Assembly (NCBI RefSeq): GCF_009914755.1
Contig: NC_060932.1
DNA length: 64,000 nt
Reading direction: 5' to 3' (one strand)
From: the human T2T-CHM13v2.0 reference genome, Homo sapiens
This document shows positions 14,423-64,000 of this stretch, in pieces. The notes under the pieces were generated by a model. The model had not been told where the DNA came from. It was given only the letters and a program-made list of their open reading frames with translations, and made no database searches. Position numbers and translations under genes: made by a program. Positions within the stretch are counted from its first letter, which is position 1, and each line of letters opens with the position of its first letter.

Positions 14423-17400
14423 TTGTGCAGGTATTATTTGATTGTGTTCCAAAAGTTTATTCTTCTGAATTTCGTATCCTTATTTTCCACCACCAAAAGT
14501 CATCAATCAACATGTATACACATAAAGTCTTCAAGCAAAAGTAAGCAATAGGTGATGAAATTTTTCTTAGAGCAATGATTAGAATCTGGTATAGAAAAAG
14601 GCCTTACAATCTAAATTTCCCTTGTTGGTTGTCATGAGCATCACTGAAAAATCTGGAAGAACACATGCCAAAACACACAACCGCATGTTTTTTTGTCCAG
14701 TCATAAGTAAGAACCCAGCATAATTATTCTTGAATTAAAATCAAAAGCAAGTTTATAAGAAGAAATCTGTTCTTTTAAATACTGAGATCTCATCTGCTAT
14801 TCAGCTAATAACAATCATTGTATTTACTTGACTTTTATAAGAAAATTAAAAGTTGAAAGATAAAAATAGTCCTACTAATTTAAATCAGTTATGTAGGACA
14901 TAAAAACACTGCATACCACTTTTTACCTTTATATGTCTTTGGCATTTCTATTTTGAATGAATAAATATAATCAAAAAAATGGAAAGTTTTAATGTAACTT
15001 TAAAATTTTGTTTTATAAAATTTAAGAGTGAACATTTAACAACAAGCAAACAAACAAACAAAAAACAAAAGGAGTTTGTTCACTCCTAGAAGACAGAACC
15101 AAAAAAACATTGGGTAAATTTTAAAAAAACAACACACACATTAGTTTTGCTTCTCTACAATTTAGTCTAATTATAGTAGAATATAAGTTTCAAACACACA
15201 AAACCTCGAGTCTCCTGGTGTATCTTGTGTTACCATCTCTTGTTCCATGGCATTCCTATGTTGGAGCAGAGTGTTCTTAGGATAATTTAGCTGAAAAAAA
15301 AAAAAAAAAAAAGACTACAGTTCTTCCTTGTCTATTCAACTGTCCAGAGATCCCAAAGAGAGTTATTTTACTTTTTTTCCTCAGATACTGTAAAAGGGAA
15401 AAAAAAGTTTATAACTTAAGAAAAATAAACTTTGATGAATGATATCTAAACTTTCACATTGTTTTCTGATAACAGAATGCAGTGTCTTAGAATTAATTTT
15501 GTTAGTATAGGACTATGCTTTTTTTTTCCACTTTATTGTCAATTATTCTTCTCAGAGTTGTTTAAGTCACTAATGGTCAGATAAAAATGGTTATTGCCAA
15601 ATAACCAACCAGGTAAACTTCAAGACTAATACCTTATTTACATTACAAGGTTGTTCTCAAACTCACTTAAAATCATATAAATGATCATAGATGGATGTTA
15701 TCTAAAAGTGAAAATATAAAGAAAATAAAAAGGATTATTGATTGTTAGAGAAATCTGAGTCCTACAAATCCTCAAAGAACTAGGCACAAATCCCAGGGCA
15801 AGGGAGCTAGACAACTAAGAACATTTCTCTAGTTATGTCCTCTATTAAAACAGGAGGCATACTGGTTTTGTAGACCTCTTGATGATTTCTGAATCAATGA
15901 GATCATCCTCATTCCAACCACTATTTTCTAGGACTGGTTACACTAACTTGCCACCAAAAATTTAATTTTTTTAGATAAAAATGATAACAAAAGTTTCAAT
16001 ATTCAAGTTGGTCACAGCTTCTTAAGTTTTGTTCCTATCATATAGCATATACTCTGACAGCAGCACATGTGGTATAAAGGTTTTGACCTTTGAATACACA
16101 AAGATAAAACTTCTGATCTGCCATTAAGGGCTTCATGCTTTATGCTTTGTTTTGTTTGAAAAAGTTGTGATGATTTTAAGCTAATCTATCTGCACTCATT
16201 TCAGGTCTCCCTCACATCCAATGGCATGCACTTGGGAAACAGCTGGCAAAGGTTCAAGTGCAAATCTGTGGTTAGGAGCAGAGAAACACTAACTGGCTTA
16301 TGCAGAGATGGACCCACAGCTCTGGCCTTGTTAGCGAAATGAACAAAGACACAGCTACCCATGTGCTTCCTTCCCGTGCAGACCATTTGTCTCTAAAATG
16401 AAATGAAAAGCTGCATACTCCCTCAGCAGAGGAAAGCAGAGGGAATCAATCATGTTCTTTCTGCCAGACTGCAGCTGTGATACTTTCCAAACATCACCTG
16501 TCTACCTGCATGCATGAATGGACAGTGAACAAGTAGGTATCTACCAAGTATCTATTATTATCCCTTCTGTTTGGAGAGTTACAGTGCCTAAGGAGCAATG
16601 TAGAGGCAAGATAAAAAATGTTGACAAATAAATGCAATCCAATAGTATTTTATTCTCCTAGGAGAGCTGCCAGATTTCAAATTCTGATTAAATAATACTG
16701 TCTTTCTGTGATCCAATTATTTTTTTTCCATATCATTTTGCATATAAGCCATGCCTCTGGTCCTCAAACAGCTGCCTTCTAGCATCAATCAATTTGGAAT
16801 CTTAGAGGTATACCTTTAAGCAATTAGACTTACATATACATACACACATAAGTATATTTAGTTTATTTACCTGGAATTGTGCCTACATTTCCAAGCTGTT
16901 TCCCAGTTCAAAATGTCAAATTCAAACAACATTCTCCTCACCCCTCAATGGTCTTTACGACAATTAAAAACAAAATGAATCAATCTGGCATTGTTCTCCC
17001 AATCTCATCAGACTAAATGGAAGTCAGCACAAGAGTCATGGTTTTAGAACCAAAATAGGAGATGCCTTAGATTAATGTTATTTCTTGCAGATTCTAACAG
17101 TCAAACTGTTTATTAAATACATGAGATGAAAAATTATCAAAACATAACAGTGTTTGTGTTACCTCTCCAGGAAGTTAGCGCTTTTCCAGAGGACGTTTGA
17201 TCACTGAGAATTAAAATGCATGGGAGTAAATTATGCATGGGAAACACAAAACAGTTTAACAGCGGGATGTTTTTTGAATCTAATTAAAGCCTCATTGGAA
17301 GCTTTAAACATTTCACTCCAGCAGATAGTTTGCCCCTGACCTTGACTACTTTTCTTACTGCTGGTCTTTACGGCTGAATTTTTACTACTGGCCTCTATTG

Positions 17401-18350
17401 CTGAGGCAAACCCAGTTTAGGCTCTCAATTGCTCCTGTGTTAGTGGCACAGGAACCAAAAGGGTTTACTACCCAAGTGACCTCTTCAAGGTACATGAGGG
17501 TATTTGAGGATATCTGTACCGCTATGCTTTGTTCACAAAGCCACCAGCTAGAAAGCAAAACAGTGGTCATATGCGGTGATCAATCATAGGCTGGCAAACA
17601 ACACGAGGTCAGTATTGTATTGTGAGTTTATAAGTCCAATAGTTTTGTATGCTGTCCAGCTTTTTGTTTGACAACTGGGAAGTTGAGAGGAAGAAAAACA
17701 TCTGAGACAGTGTATCTGCCTCTCTCCATTTTTACTTCCACTATTACCAAGACGGGGTCAAGACCAAGAAAAAGATAACTTTTATAAAACTTTTCATACA
17801 CTGCAATATCCTGATGATTTTTAACAGGTCTTCAACTGACTTTAACCATTTTAAGAAATGTATCTTACAGAAGCACTTCATAAGTCTAAGTGTTTTCACA
17901 TACAGTAGTACTTATCATTTTATCTTATGTTCATGTGTCTGTCCCAGACGTAAACTGTGAACTCATGTAGAGAAGGGCTATGATGTTTCTGGGTTTTGTG
18001 GTTTTTAAAATTTATTTATTGGTACTTAATCCCAAATAGCCAGGCACACAAAGCAGTCAATACTGCCATTTGACGCATTAGGAAATTGGAGAATAAGAAA
18101 TACATGATTTTGGTCATGATCACCTGATAATAAAAGAAAACTAAAGTTTTCCGAAAGATACATTTTTTAACCTTTTACCTTCAAGTCCAATTTTTTCCAT
18201 TATGCCATTCTGAACATTCATTGATTCATTCATTCAATAATTTATTGAGGGCCTAATAAGAGCCAGACATTAGGGATTCAGTAGTGAACCAGATAGATAT
18301 CATACATAAATAAATGAAAATGACAGTCTAGGACAGGCATTGACCAACTA

Positions 18351-20886
18351 CAATTGACCCTTGAACACATCACAGTTTGAAAAAACTCACAGACAACAAT
18401 GTAGCTGAGAAATATTGACGAAATTAAAATAAAGTTGTCATGAATGTATAAAAATATGTAGCTACCCATCTATTTTATCATTTACTACCATAAAATACAC
18501 ACAAATCTATTATAAAAAGTTAAAAATTTTCAAAACTTACACAAACACTTACAGACATGGTCCCATTCCCAGTCGAGAGAAATGTAAACAAATGTAAAGA
18601 TGCAGTATTAAACCACTCATGCATAAAATTAACTGTAGTTCATACTGTATCACTGTAATACTTTCATAGCCACCTCTTGTTGCTATTGCAGTGAGTTCTG
18701 GTGAATAACCACTTCAAATGCCATGTGATGCTACCATCTCTGTGTGAGCAGTTCATCTCTCCAATAAATTGCATATTGCAGTAAAAAGTGATCTTTCATG
18801 GTTCTCATGTATTTTTCGTTTAGTGCCATACCATAACACCATGGAGCCCATAAAAAATGCCATTAGTGGTCCTGGAAGTGGTCCCAAGAAGCAGAGAGAA
18901 GTCATGACGTTACAAGAAAAAGCTGAATTGCTTGATATGTGCTGTAAATTGAGGTGTGCATCTGGATTGCCTGCCATTTCAAGATAAATGAATCTAGCGT
19001 AGGAACTATTGTAAAAAAAAAAAAAAAAAAAGGAAATGTATAAAGCTATTGCTGCAGCTATGCCAGCAGGTACAGAAATCTTGTACTTTTTGTGAAATAC
19101 ATTTTTATCTCATATTGAAAATGCACTTTTTATGTGAGTGCAGGATTGTTATAAGAAAGGCATAGCTATAGACTCTAATATGGTTCAAGACATAGTGGTC
19201 ATTATATGACAACTAAAAGCCAAAGGAAGGTGAAGGTCTAAAGCTGGAGAATTTAGTGCCAGCAAAGGATGGCTTGATAATTTTAAAGAGGATGGGCTTA
19301 AAAAGTGTCAAGATAGGAGAAGCAGCTTCTGCTGTAAGAGGTAGCAGATGAGTTCCCAGACATTAAGAAAATCACTGAAGAGAACGGATGTCTGCATGAA
19401 CAAGTTTTTAATTGCAGACAAAACTGCCCTATTCTGGGAAAAAGTACACTTATTTGTAAGAAAGAGAAGAGAGCACCAGGATTTAAGGCAGTAAGAAATA
19501 GGCTAACTCTACTGCCTTATGCACAAGAAGTCATGATCAGGACTGCCCTTATCAATAAACCTGCTAACCCCCGAGCTTGAAGGGAAAGGATAAACACCAG
19601 TTGCCAGTCTTTTGGTTGTACAAAAAAGACTGGACAACTTTAACCCTTTTTCTGGATTGGTTCCATCAGTGCTTTTTTCCTGAATTCAGCAAGTACCTGG
19701 CCAGTAAGAGACTGCCTTTTAGGTTTTTCTGATACTGGACAATCCCCTGGCCAACCAGAAGTCTGTAAGTTCAACACTAAAGGTGTTCAAGTGGTCTACT
19801 TGCCCGCAAACACATTACATTTAATTGAGCCTCTCAATTAGGAGTTAATAAGGACCTTTAAGCCTCAATGCCCATGGTACTCTATGGAAAGAATTGTCAA
19901 TGCTGTGGAAGACAACCCAGATGGAGAGAACATCATGAAAGTCTGGAAGAATTACACCACTTAAAGATACATTGTTGTTACAAAAAAAAAAAAAAAAAAA
20001 AAAAAAAAAAGCCGTGAAAGCCCTCATGCCCAAAACAATAAATTCCTGCTGCAGAAAACTGTGTCCAGATGTTGTGCAAAACTTCACAGGATTTACAACA
20101 GAACCAATCAAGGAAATCATGAAAGAGGTTATGGACATGGCAAAAAAGGTGGGGGGTGCAGGGTTTCAAGATACAGATCTTGGAGAAATTCAAGAGCTAA
20201 CAGACACCATACCACAGGAATTAACAAAACACGACTTGATGGAGATGTTTCTGAACCAGTGCCAGATGATAAGACAATGCAGAAGCAACAGTGCCAGAAC
20301 ACAAATTGATGTTAGACATCCGACAGAAGGGTTCCGATTATTCAAGATTGCTTTTGACTTCCTTCATGGCACAGACCCTTCTGATACAGGCACTGAAAAC
20401 TACACAAATGGAGAAAAAAGGATGAGTATCATATACAAATATTTTTTAAAAAATGAAAAAGCAAAAAAGTTGAATTACAGTGTTTCTTTAAAGTTGCAGG
20501 TGTGCCTGCTTCATGCCTCCCCTTCCACCTCCTCCACTTCCTCCTCTGCTACCCATGAGACTGCAAGACCAACCCCCTCCTCAGCCTACTCAATGTGAAG
20601 ACAAGGATGAAGACCTTTATAATATGACCCATTTCTACCTAATAAATGTTAAGTATATTTTCTCTTATTTCCTCATAACATTTTCTATAGCTTAATTATA
20701 AAAATACAGTATATAACATACTAAATATTTATTAATCAATCATTTATCAGTAAGCTATTAGTAGTTTTGGGGGAGTTGTAAGTTATACATGGACTTTTGA
20801 CTCTATGTGTCTCCATGTAATGATTTTTTACTTTTGGGTTACTGGTGAATAGGTGTCCCTAACCCATGTTGTTCAAGGGTCAACTG
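18351..20886 (+). mobile_element. Near-full-length Tigger2 (pogo/TcMar) DNA transposon with decayed transposase
   Basis: TIRs caattgacccttgaaca / tgttcaagggtcaactg, TA at left. Transposase remnants: PKKQREVMTLQEKAELLDM (CENP-B-type HTH), DKTALFW-like (~19417), ILDN-like (~19732), and C-terminal ORF 19972..20598. Confidence 0.9.
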
Positions 20887-21956
20887 TGGGTATATATGGT
20901 ATATATGTGTGTATGTGTGTGTGTGATAAAACAATAAAAACAAAGAAATTAACACAAAAGTTATGGTAGTGTTTACTTTTTAGGGGCAAAGAAGAAAATA
21001 CAATTACTGAGGGGCCAATTACTAGGACCATTCTATTTCTTCAGCTCAGTAGCATGTAGGAAGTATTGGTATTGGGTAAATGCATTTTTTTTTCTTCTGT
21101 AAACTGGACGTTTACGTATACTTTTGTATAGTTCATATTAAAAAGGCATAAACACATATGCTTATGAGTGCACAGAAAAAAATTTAAAGGACTCAAAGCA
21201 ACTGTTTTTTAACATAAGTTTCATGAATGCTCTTCTTCGATGTGTTTATAAAAGCTGCTAACACATAGGAGGATGTACTATCTACTGAATGGGAAAAAAA
21301 GAAAAAAAAAAGAGCACAAGAAAATTAGTAAGTACTTATTTGGTGCTCAATACTTTACTGGAACAGCCTACCTGTTATCAAAACTTAAGGTTAAGCCCCA
21401 AATCAAGTAACTTTTATTATGCAAACTTCAAAAATGGGTTTTAATGACAAACAAGTATTGGTAATGTGCAAAAATGGCCATTAGTTGTATATAGTTTTTT
21501 TCTTTCTAATTGATACTAGTAATCCATAGTGGCATCATCTTTCAAGTTCAAAAGATGACAATATGTGAAAAGAAAAAAAGTGGTAGAAGTGAGCATTAAT
21601 TATTCATATAGCAGATAGTCTTGAAGGAGCAGAGTATAAATAGAAAAAAGAAAAATCAAAGAGATGTTCTTCAGAGTTTTCTATGTTCCAACAGGTTTTG
21701 TGTGTAAGGGGCCACTTGTATCCAATGATTATACCCGTAGAAAAATAGAGTACCCTTTGCTCTTATTGGAAGATAATGGTGCTGAGAAACCTAGTTTGGT
21801 GATCAAGACCTGTTCGCACAACCTACTAAATATGTATCCCTTAACTCTTTGCAATTTCTAATTATAAGGCAACAATGAATGATGTAAGGAAGGTTAGTGT
21901 GACATAACTTAAGAGTCTTTTCCTTACTTTAACTTGTATTAGGTATTACCTTAAGC

Positions 21957-22166
21957 CAGCAGTCCCCAATCGTTTTGGCACCAGGCACCGGTTTCGTGGA
22001 AGACAAGTTTTCCACGGATGGGGGGTAGGCCACATTAGATTCTCTTAAGGAGTGCGCAACCTAGATCCCTCTCATGCTCAGTTCACACTAGGGTTCACAG
22101 TCCTATAAGAATCAAATGCTGCCACAGACTGGTACCAGTCCACAGCCCAGGGGCTACGGACTCCTG
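21957..22166 (+). mobile_element. Internally deleted MER1B MITE
   Basis: cagcagtccccaa...ggactcctg; 8-bp TSD ccttaagc / ccttaggc. Confidence 0.85.
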
Positions 22167-22326
22167 CCTTAGGCAACCATGTGAGTATGCTTCCTCATCA
22201 ATAACATATAAATAATACCACCTAAATTTTAGTATTTCCAGGCTTAAGCAAGGCATTCAAATGTTAAGATTCCCTTCTTTCTCCTTAGGTTAGTTTATTT
22301 AGAGAAACAGAGGACATAAAAATGCC

Positions 22327-22394
22327 TGACACATGGTAAATACTTACTACTGGCTTCCTATGACACATGGTAAATACTTATTATTGGCTTCCTA
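22327..22394. repeat. 34-bp tandem duplication
   Basis: tgacacatggtaaatacttactactggcttccta x2 with 2 mismatches. Confidence 0.95.
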
Positions 22395-22995
22395 TTTTTC
22401 CTATCTGGGGCTTTTACTAGTCCACTAGGGCATATTTAATAATTGTTTTTAGCTGCTGAGCTATGTAATCATCCAGAAATCTTCGTTAGCTATTAATGTG
22501 GCTTGGTTGAGCTACAGTCTTAAACGGTGATTAATGATGTCTCCATGTAGGAACTTTTGGCCCTTTGGTTACTGGTGAAGGAAACATGAAGTCTTGTTTC
22601 CTTCCTTCTCAGCCGAGAACATCTTTCTCAATTCTACATAGCCTGAGTAATATATGCCATTTTATATGGTTCTATATAACTATGGCTCTATTTGATAAAG
22701 ATAAGAACTTTTAATTCATGGAATTAGCTGCTACATATATAAAGGGTCTGTCTTGTTACTGTCCTACCTTGTTACTGTTTCAACACTTTGGTACTTTCTC
22801 CATGACCCTTGACCATTTTGTACTACCAAGAATCCTCTTTTATTTCTTTATGTATTTTTTCCTGCCCTATACCTGGCATTTTCACAATACTGGTTACAGA
22901 TAAATAAAAAAATAGTACTTGGCTTATCCTAACCAATAATCTTCCTAGTTTCAGCACCCTTAGACTAAAGCTTAGAAGTACCAATACCCCAAGCC

Positions 22996-23210
22996 AAGGG
23001 TTGGAAACCACAGCAGGTGAAACAAATCTGGCCTTGGCCTGTTTTTGTAAATAGTTTTACTGGAACACAGCCATAAGCATCCATTTACATACAAAGGCTG
23101 CTTTTGTGCTACATGACAGAGTTGAATACCTAAAACAGAGAACATACTGCCTGCAAAGCCTAAGATTTAATATCTGACCTTTTACAAAAAAAAGTTTGTA
23201 GACCCCCATG
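22996..23210 (+). mobile_element. MER58A-like hAT MITE
   Basis: gcctgtttttgtaaatagttttactggaacacagcca...atctgacctttacaaaaaaaagtttgtagacccc. Confidence 0.8.
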
Positions 23211-23597
23211 CTGTTTAGTATTGGGAGGTCTCCATGCTCTTTGAATGGCAGATGCAACCTAACTACCGTAGTCTCTAAACTGAGTATGGAAGGTGGCCTG
23301 ATCAGATGTCAAATAAAAGAACAGTATGTACCTTTTTATCTTTGAACCTCCTCCTTGAGAGCAGTAACAAGTTTCTGTTATCTGACTGGCTGTCAGTTCA
23401 ACCAAAGTGAAAAATCAAGCCACTTCTATGTAAAAAAGGGACCCAGTGAGGGCTCTGTAGCTCTTAAATACCTCCAGTATCCAGTAAACAGTATGTCTGT
23501 ATTTAACATTTGACACTTATAAAATTCAACTTATATGCCTAGTCTCCGTAACTATACAGTGAGTGACTGAGGAGCCACTTTTAAGAAATTAAGGAAC

Positions 23598-24216
23598 AAC
23601 AGTTTTATTTGTAATAGTACCAAACTGGAAACAACTAAAATATCCTTCAATAGGTACATGGTTAAACCACATGGCACATCAATACCAGTTAAACCACGTG
23701 GCACATCAATACCATGGAATACTATTTGGCAATAAAAAAGGAATTAACTACTGATCATATATATATATATATATATATATATCTCAACTTGGATGGCTCT
23801 CAAGAGCATTGTGATGAATGAAAAAAGCTAATCTCAAAGGTTGTGTATTATGTAATTCCATTTATATAACATTCTCATAATGACAAAATATAGCGATGAG
23901 GAACAGATTAGTGGTTCCTAGGGTTAGAGTTGGTTGGGAGTAGGTATGGCTACAAAAAGGTAGCATGAGGGAGATCATGATGATAGTTCTCTATCTTGGC
24001 TGCAGTGATGGTTACACAAATCTACACGTGATAAAATGGTAGGGAGCTATTTGTACACACATTGTACCAATGTCAACATCCTGGTTTTGATACTGTACCA
24101 TAGTAACACAAAGTGAAAAAATTGAGGGAAACAGGGTTCAGCCTACAGGGACTTCTCTGTACTATTTTTGCAACTTCCTCTGAATATAATTATTCCAAAA
24201 AAGAAAGTTAAAAAAA
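23598..24216 (+). mobile_element. L1MC/L1MD-type 3' end, including a 27-bp duplication (23661-23714) and (AT)13 (23757-23782)
   Basis: ccaaactggaaacaac...attccatttatataacattctc...tttttgcaacttcctctgaatata, A-rich end. Confidence 0.75.
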
Positions 24217-24266
24217 CACAAACTTGCACATGCAAGAAAACTGACAGCAAGATAAAATGAATCAAT

Positions 24267-24272
24267 TTTATT
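24267..24272 (-). terminator. Distal polyadenylation signal AATAAA
   Basis: tttatt on +; downstream on minus: ttttcttgcatgtgcaagtttgtgttttttt (GU/U-rich element). Confidence 0.8.
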
Positions 24273-24338
24273 CCAATTCTTCAAAATTTATACGTAATAT
24301 GTTGTTTCCAAAATGTAAGTCACCCTTTATATAATAGT

Positions 24339-24344
24339 TTTATT
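24339..24344 (-). terminator. Proximal candidate polyadenylation signal AATAAA
   Basis: tttatt on +, 50 nt after the stop codon. Confidence 0.45.
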
Positions 24345-24394
24345 ATTTCATCTTTCTTTGATAGTTTTTTTTTTCATCTTTTCTTTATGGTTCT

Positions 24395-62573
<38,179 letters not shown>

Positions 62574-63197
62574 CTAATTAAAAATGCAGAAGAGCACTAC
62601 AATGTTAAGGAATGTTAAATTGTGCTACTCATCATGAGAATGTCTGGAAATTTTTCAGTGTATTTAAACTATACATATATTTATTTACCCCCAATATATT
62701 CATATGCCATGGGCTACTCAGTCAGAAATGTCCCCGATCTCTAATTTCTTTTTTCTACTAATACAAAGGCACAAAAAGGAAAAGGGAATCCTCTTCCTAC
62801 TCTTGAGGGAAACTAGAGAATACACAGCCTTGGGGTGACAGAGGGATGTGAAAGAAAAAAAGGGTAGGACCCAATTATCTATCATTTAATTCTCCATTGC
62901 AGAAACTTCTTTCCAAGTGTTTTTATATTTGTTCTCATTTAATTTTCTTAGGTGAATATTATCCCAGAGTTTTTGAAGAAAAACTCAGAGGGATTTACAT
63001 ATTACTATTACAGGCTATCAACTAGGTTGAATGGAATTTAAATCCATTAAATAATCTCTTTTAACCACAAATCCAGCTCTATAATCTCTCAAACCAAATT
63101 CTATCGTTCCTTTTACTATACTATGAAAAGGTGGAGAAAACTTGCACATAACCAACTCTGGTAACACCTTAATGTTTCATTAAGAAACTAAGAAATA

Positions 63198-63518
<321 letters not shown>

Positions 63519-63804
63519 TTATCCATGACAAACTAAAAAAGAGATACTGTTATTGCAGGGAACTACAAGTCAAACATGTGGATTATGTTTAATGTAATAA
63601 TGTCTGTATTATATATTAGAAAGTATATTCTAGAGCAGTCTTTCTGAAACACAGAAGATCTATGATCAAATTTTGAGAAATGCCAATTTAATCACAGTAT
63701 ACTGTATTTCTCTACTGCCAAAATTCTTGGAACCTTTAAAAATGTAATGTGCATTGAAGAAATGACACAGAATTATTTCCCAAACTTAAGAGGACCACTT
63801 AACA

Positions 63805-63912
63805 GTTTTGATTAAGTAGGTCTGGTGTGTGGCCAAAAACCTGCATTTCTAACAAGCTCTCCCAGGTGAACTGATGATGCTGGTCCTGGGGACCATATTT
63901 GGAGAACAATGT
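63805..63912. mobile_element. MER5A fragment
   Basis: gtaggtctgg...ctgcatttctaacaagctctcccaggtga...gctggtcctggggaccata. Confidence 0.75.
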
Positions 63913-64000
63913 CTACACTAGATGCCTCAAAATTAAAAAAAAAAACACAAAACTCTAAGGCACACAATGCACTAACTGAAAAAGTTAGCAACCCAAGAAC

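Larger units (their letters stand above)
24245..24394 (-). other. EIF3E: EIF3E 3'UTR (about 150 nt; 3' end approximate)
   Basis: Sequence after the TGA up to about 20 nt past the distal AATAAA; followed by a GU/U-rich tract on the minus strand. Confidence 0.8.

Noticed and set aside
19972-20598. 208-aa ORF as a novel TIGD-like gene
   Set aside because: Non-ATG start on a poly-A run; the upstream transposase is broken and the element keeps its TIRs, so it is a fossil.

Overview
AT-rich primate (almost certainly human) genomic DNA with no prokaryotic features. The only supportable protein-coding gene is EIF3E (eIF3e/INT6, PCI-domain subunit of translation initiation factor 3) on the minus strand. 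Eleven coding exons, recognised as exons 3-13 (about codons 69-445), run from 62573 down to the TGA at 24395. All have GT-AG boundaries and splice into one open frame. A short 3'UTR carries two AATAAA signals. Exons 1-2 and the promoter lie beyond the right edge. The left 24 kb is downstream intergenic DNA (towards RSPO2 in the human locus, from memory). The rest is mostly repeats: about 25 Alus, old and young L1 pieces, MLT1/MLT2 LTRs, MIR/L2/L3, and many DNA transposon fossils (near-full-length Tigger2, Cheshire, Charlie1, MER1B, MER2, MER44, MER58, MER5, MER20). Almost all entries in the ORF track are repeat-derived or chance ORFs. I see no unambiguous new biological system. The best leads are: a cluster of stop-containing (poison) cassette-exon candidates in intron 5 of a gene linked to NMD; an in-frame candidate exon downstream of the gene end; a 5' tRNA-Glu fragment retrocopy; a 42-bp locally templated insertion in Tigger2; a duplicated STAT/ETS module; and several perfect hairpins. 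Repeat subfamily names come from recalled consensus sequences, not from a search, and old-repeat boundaries are approximate.
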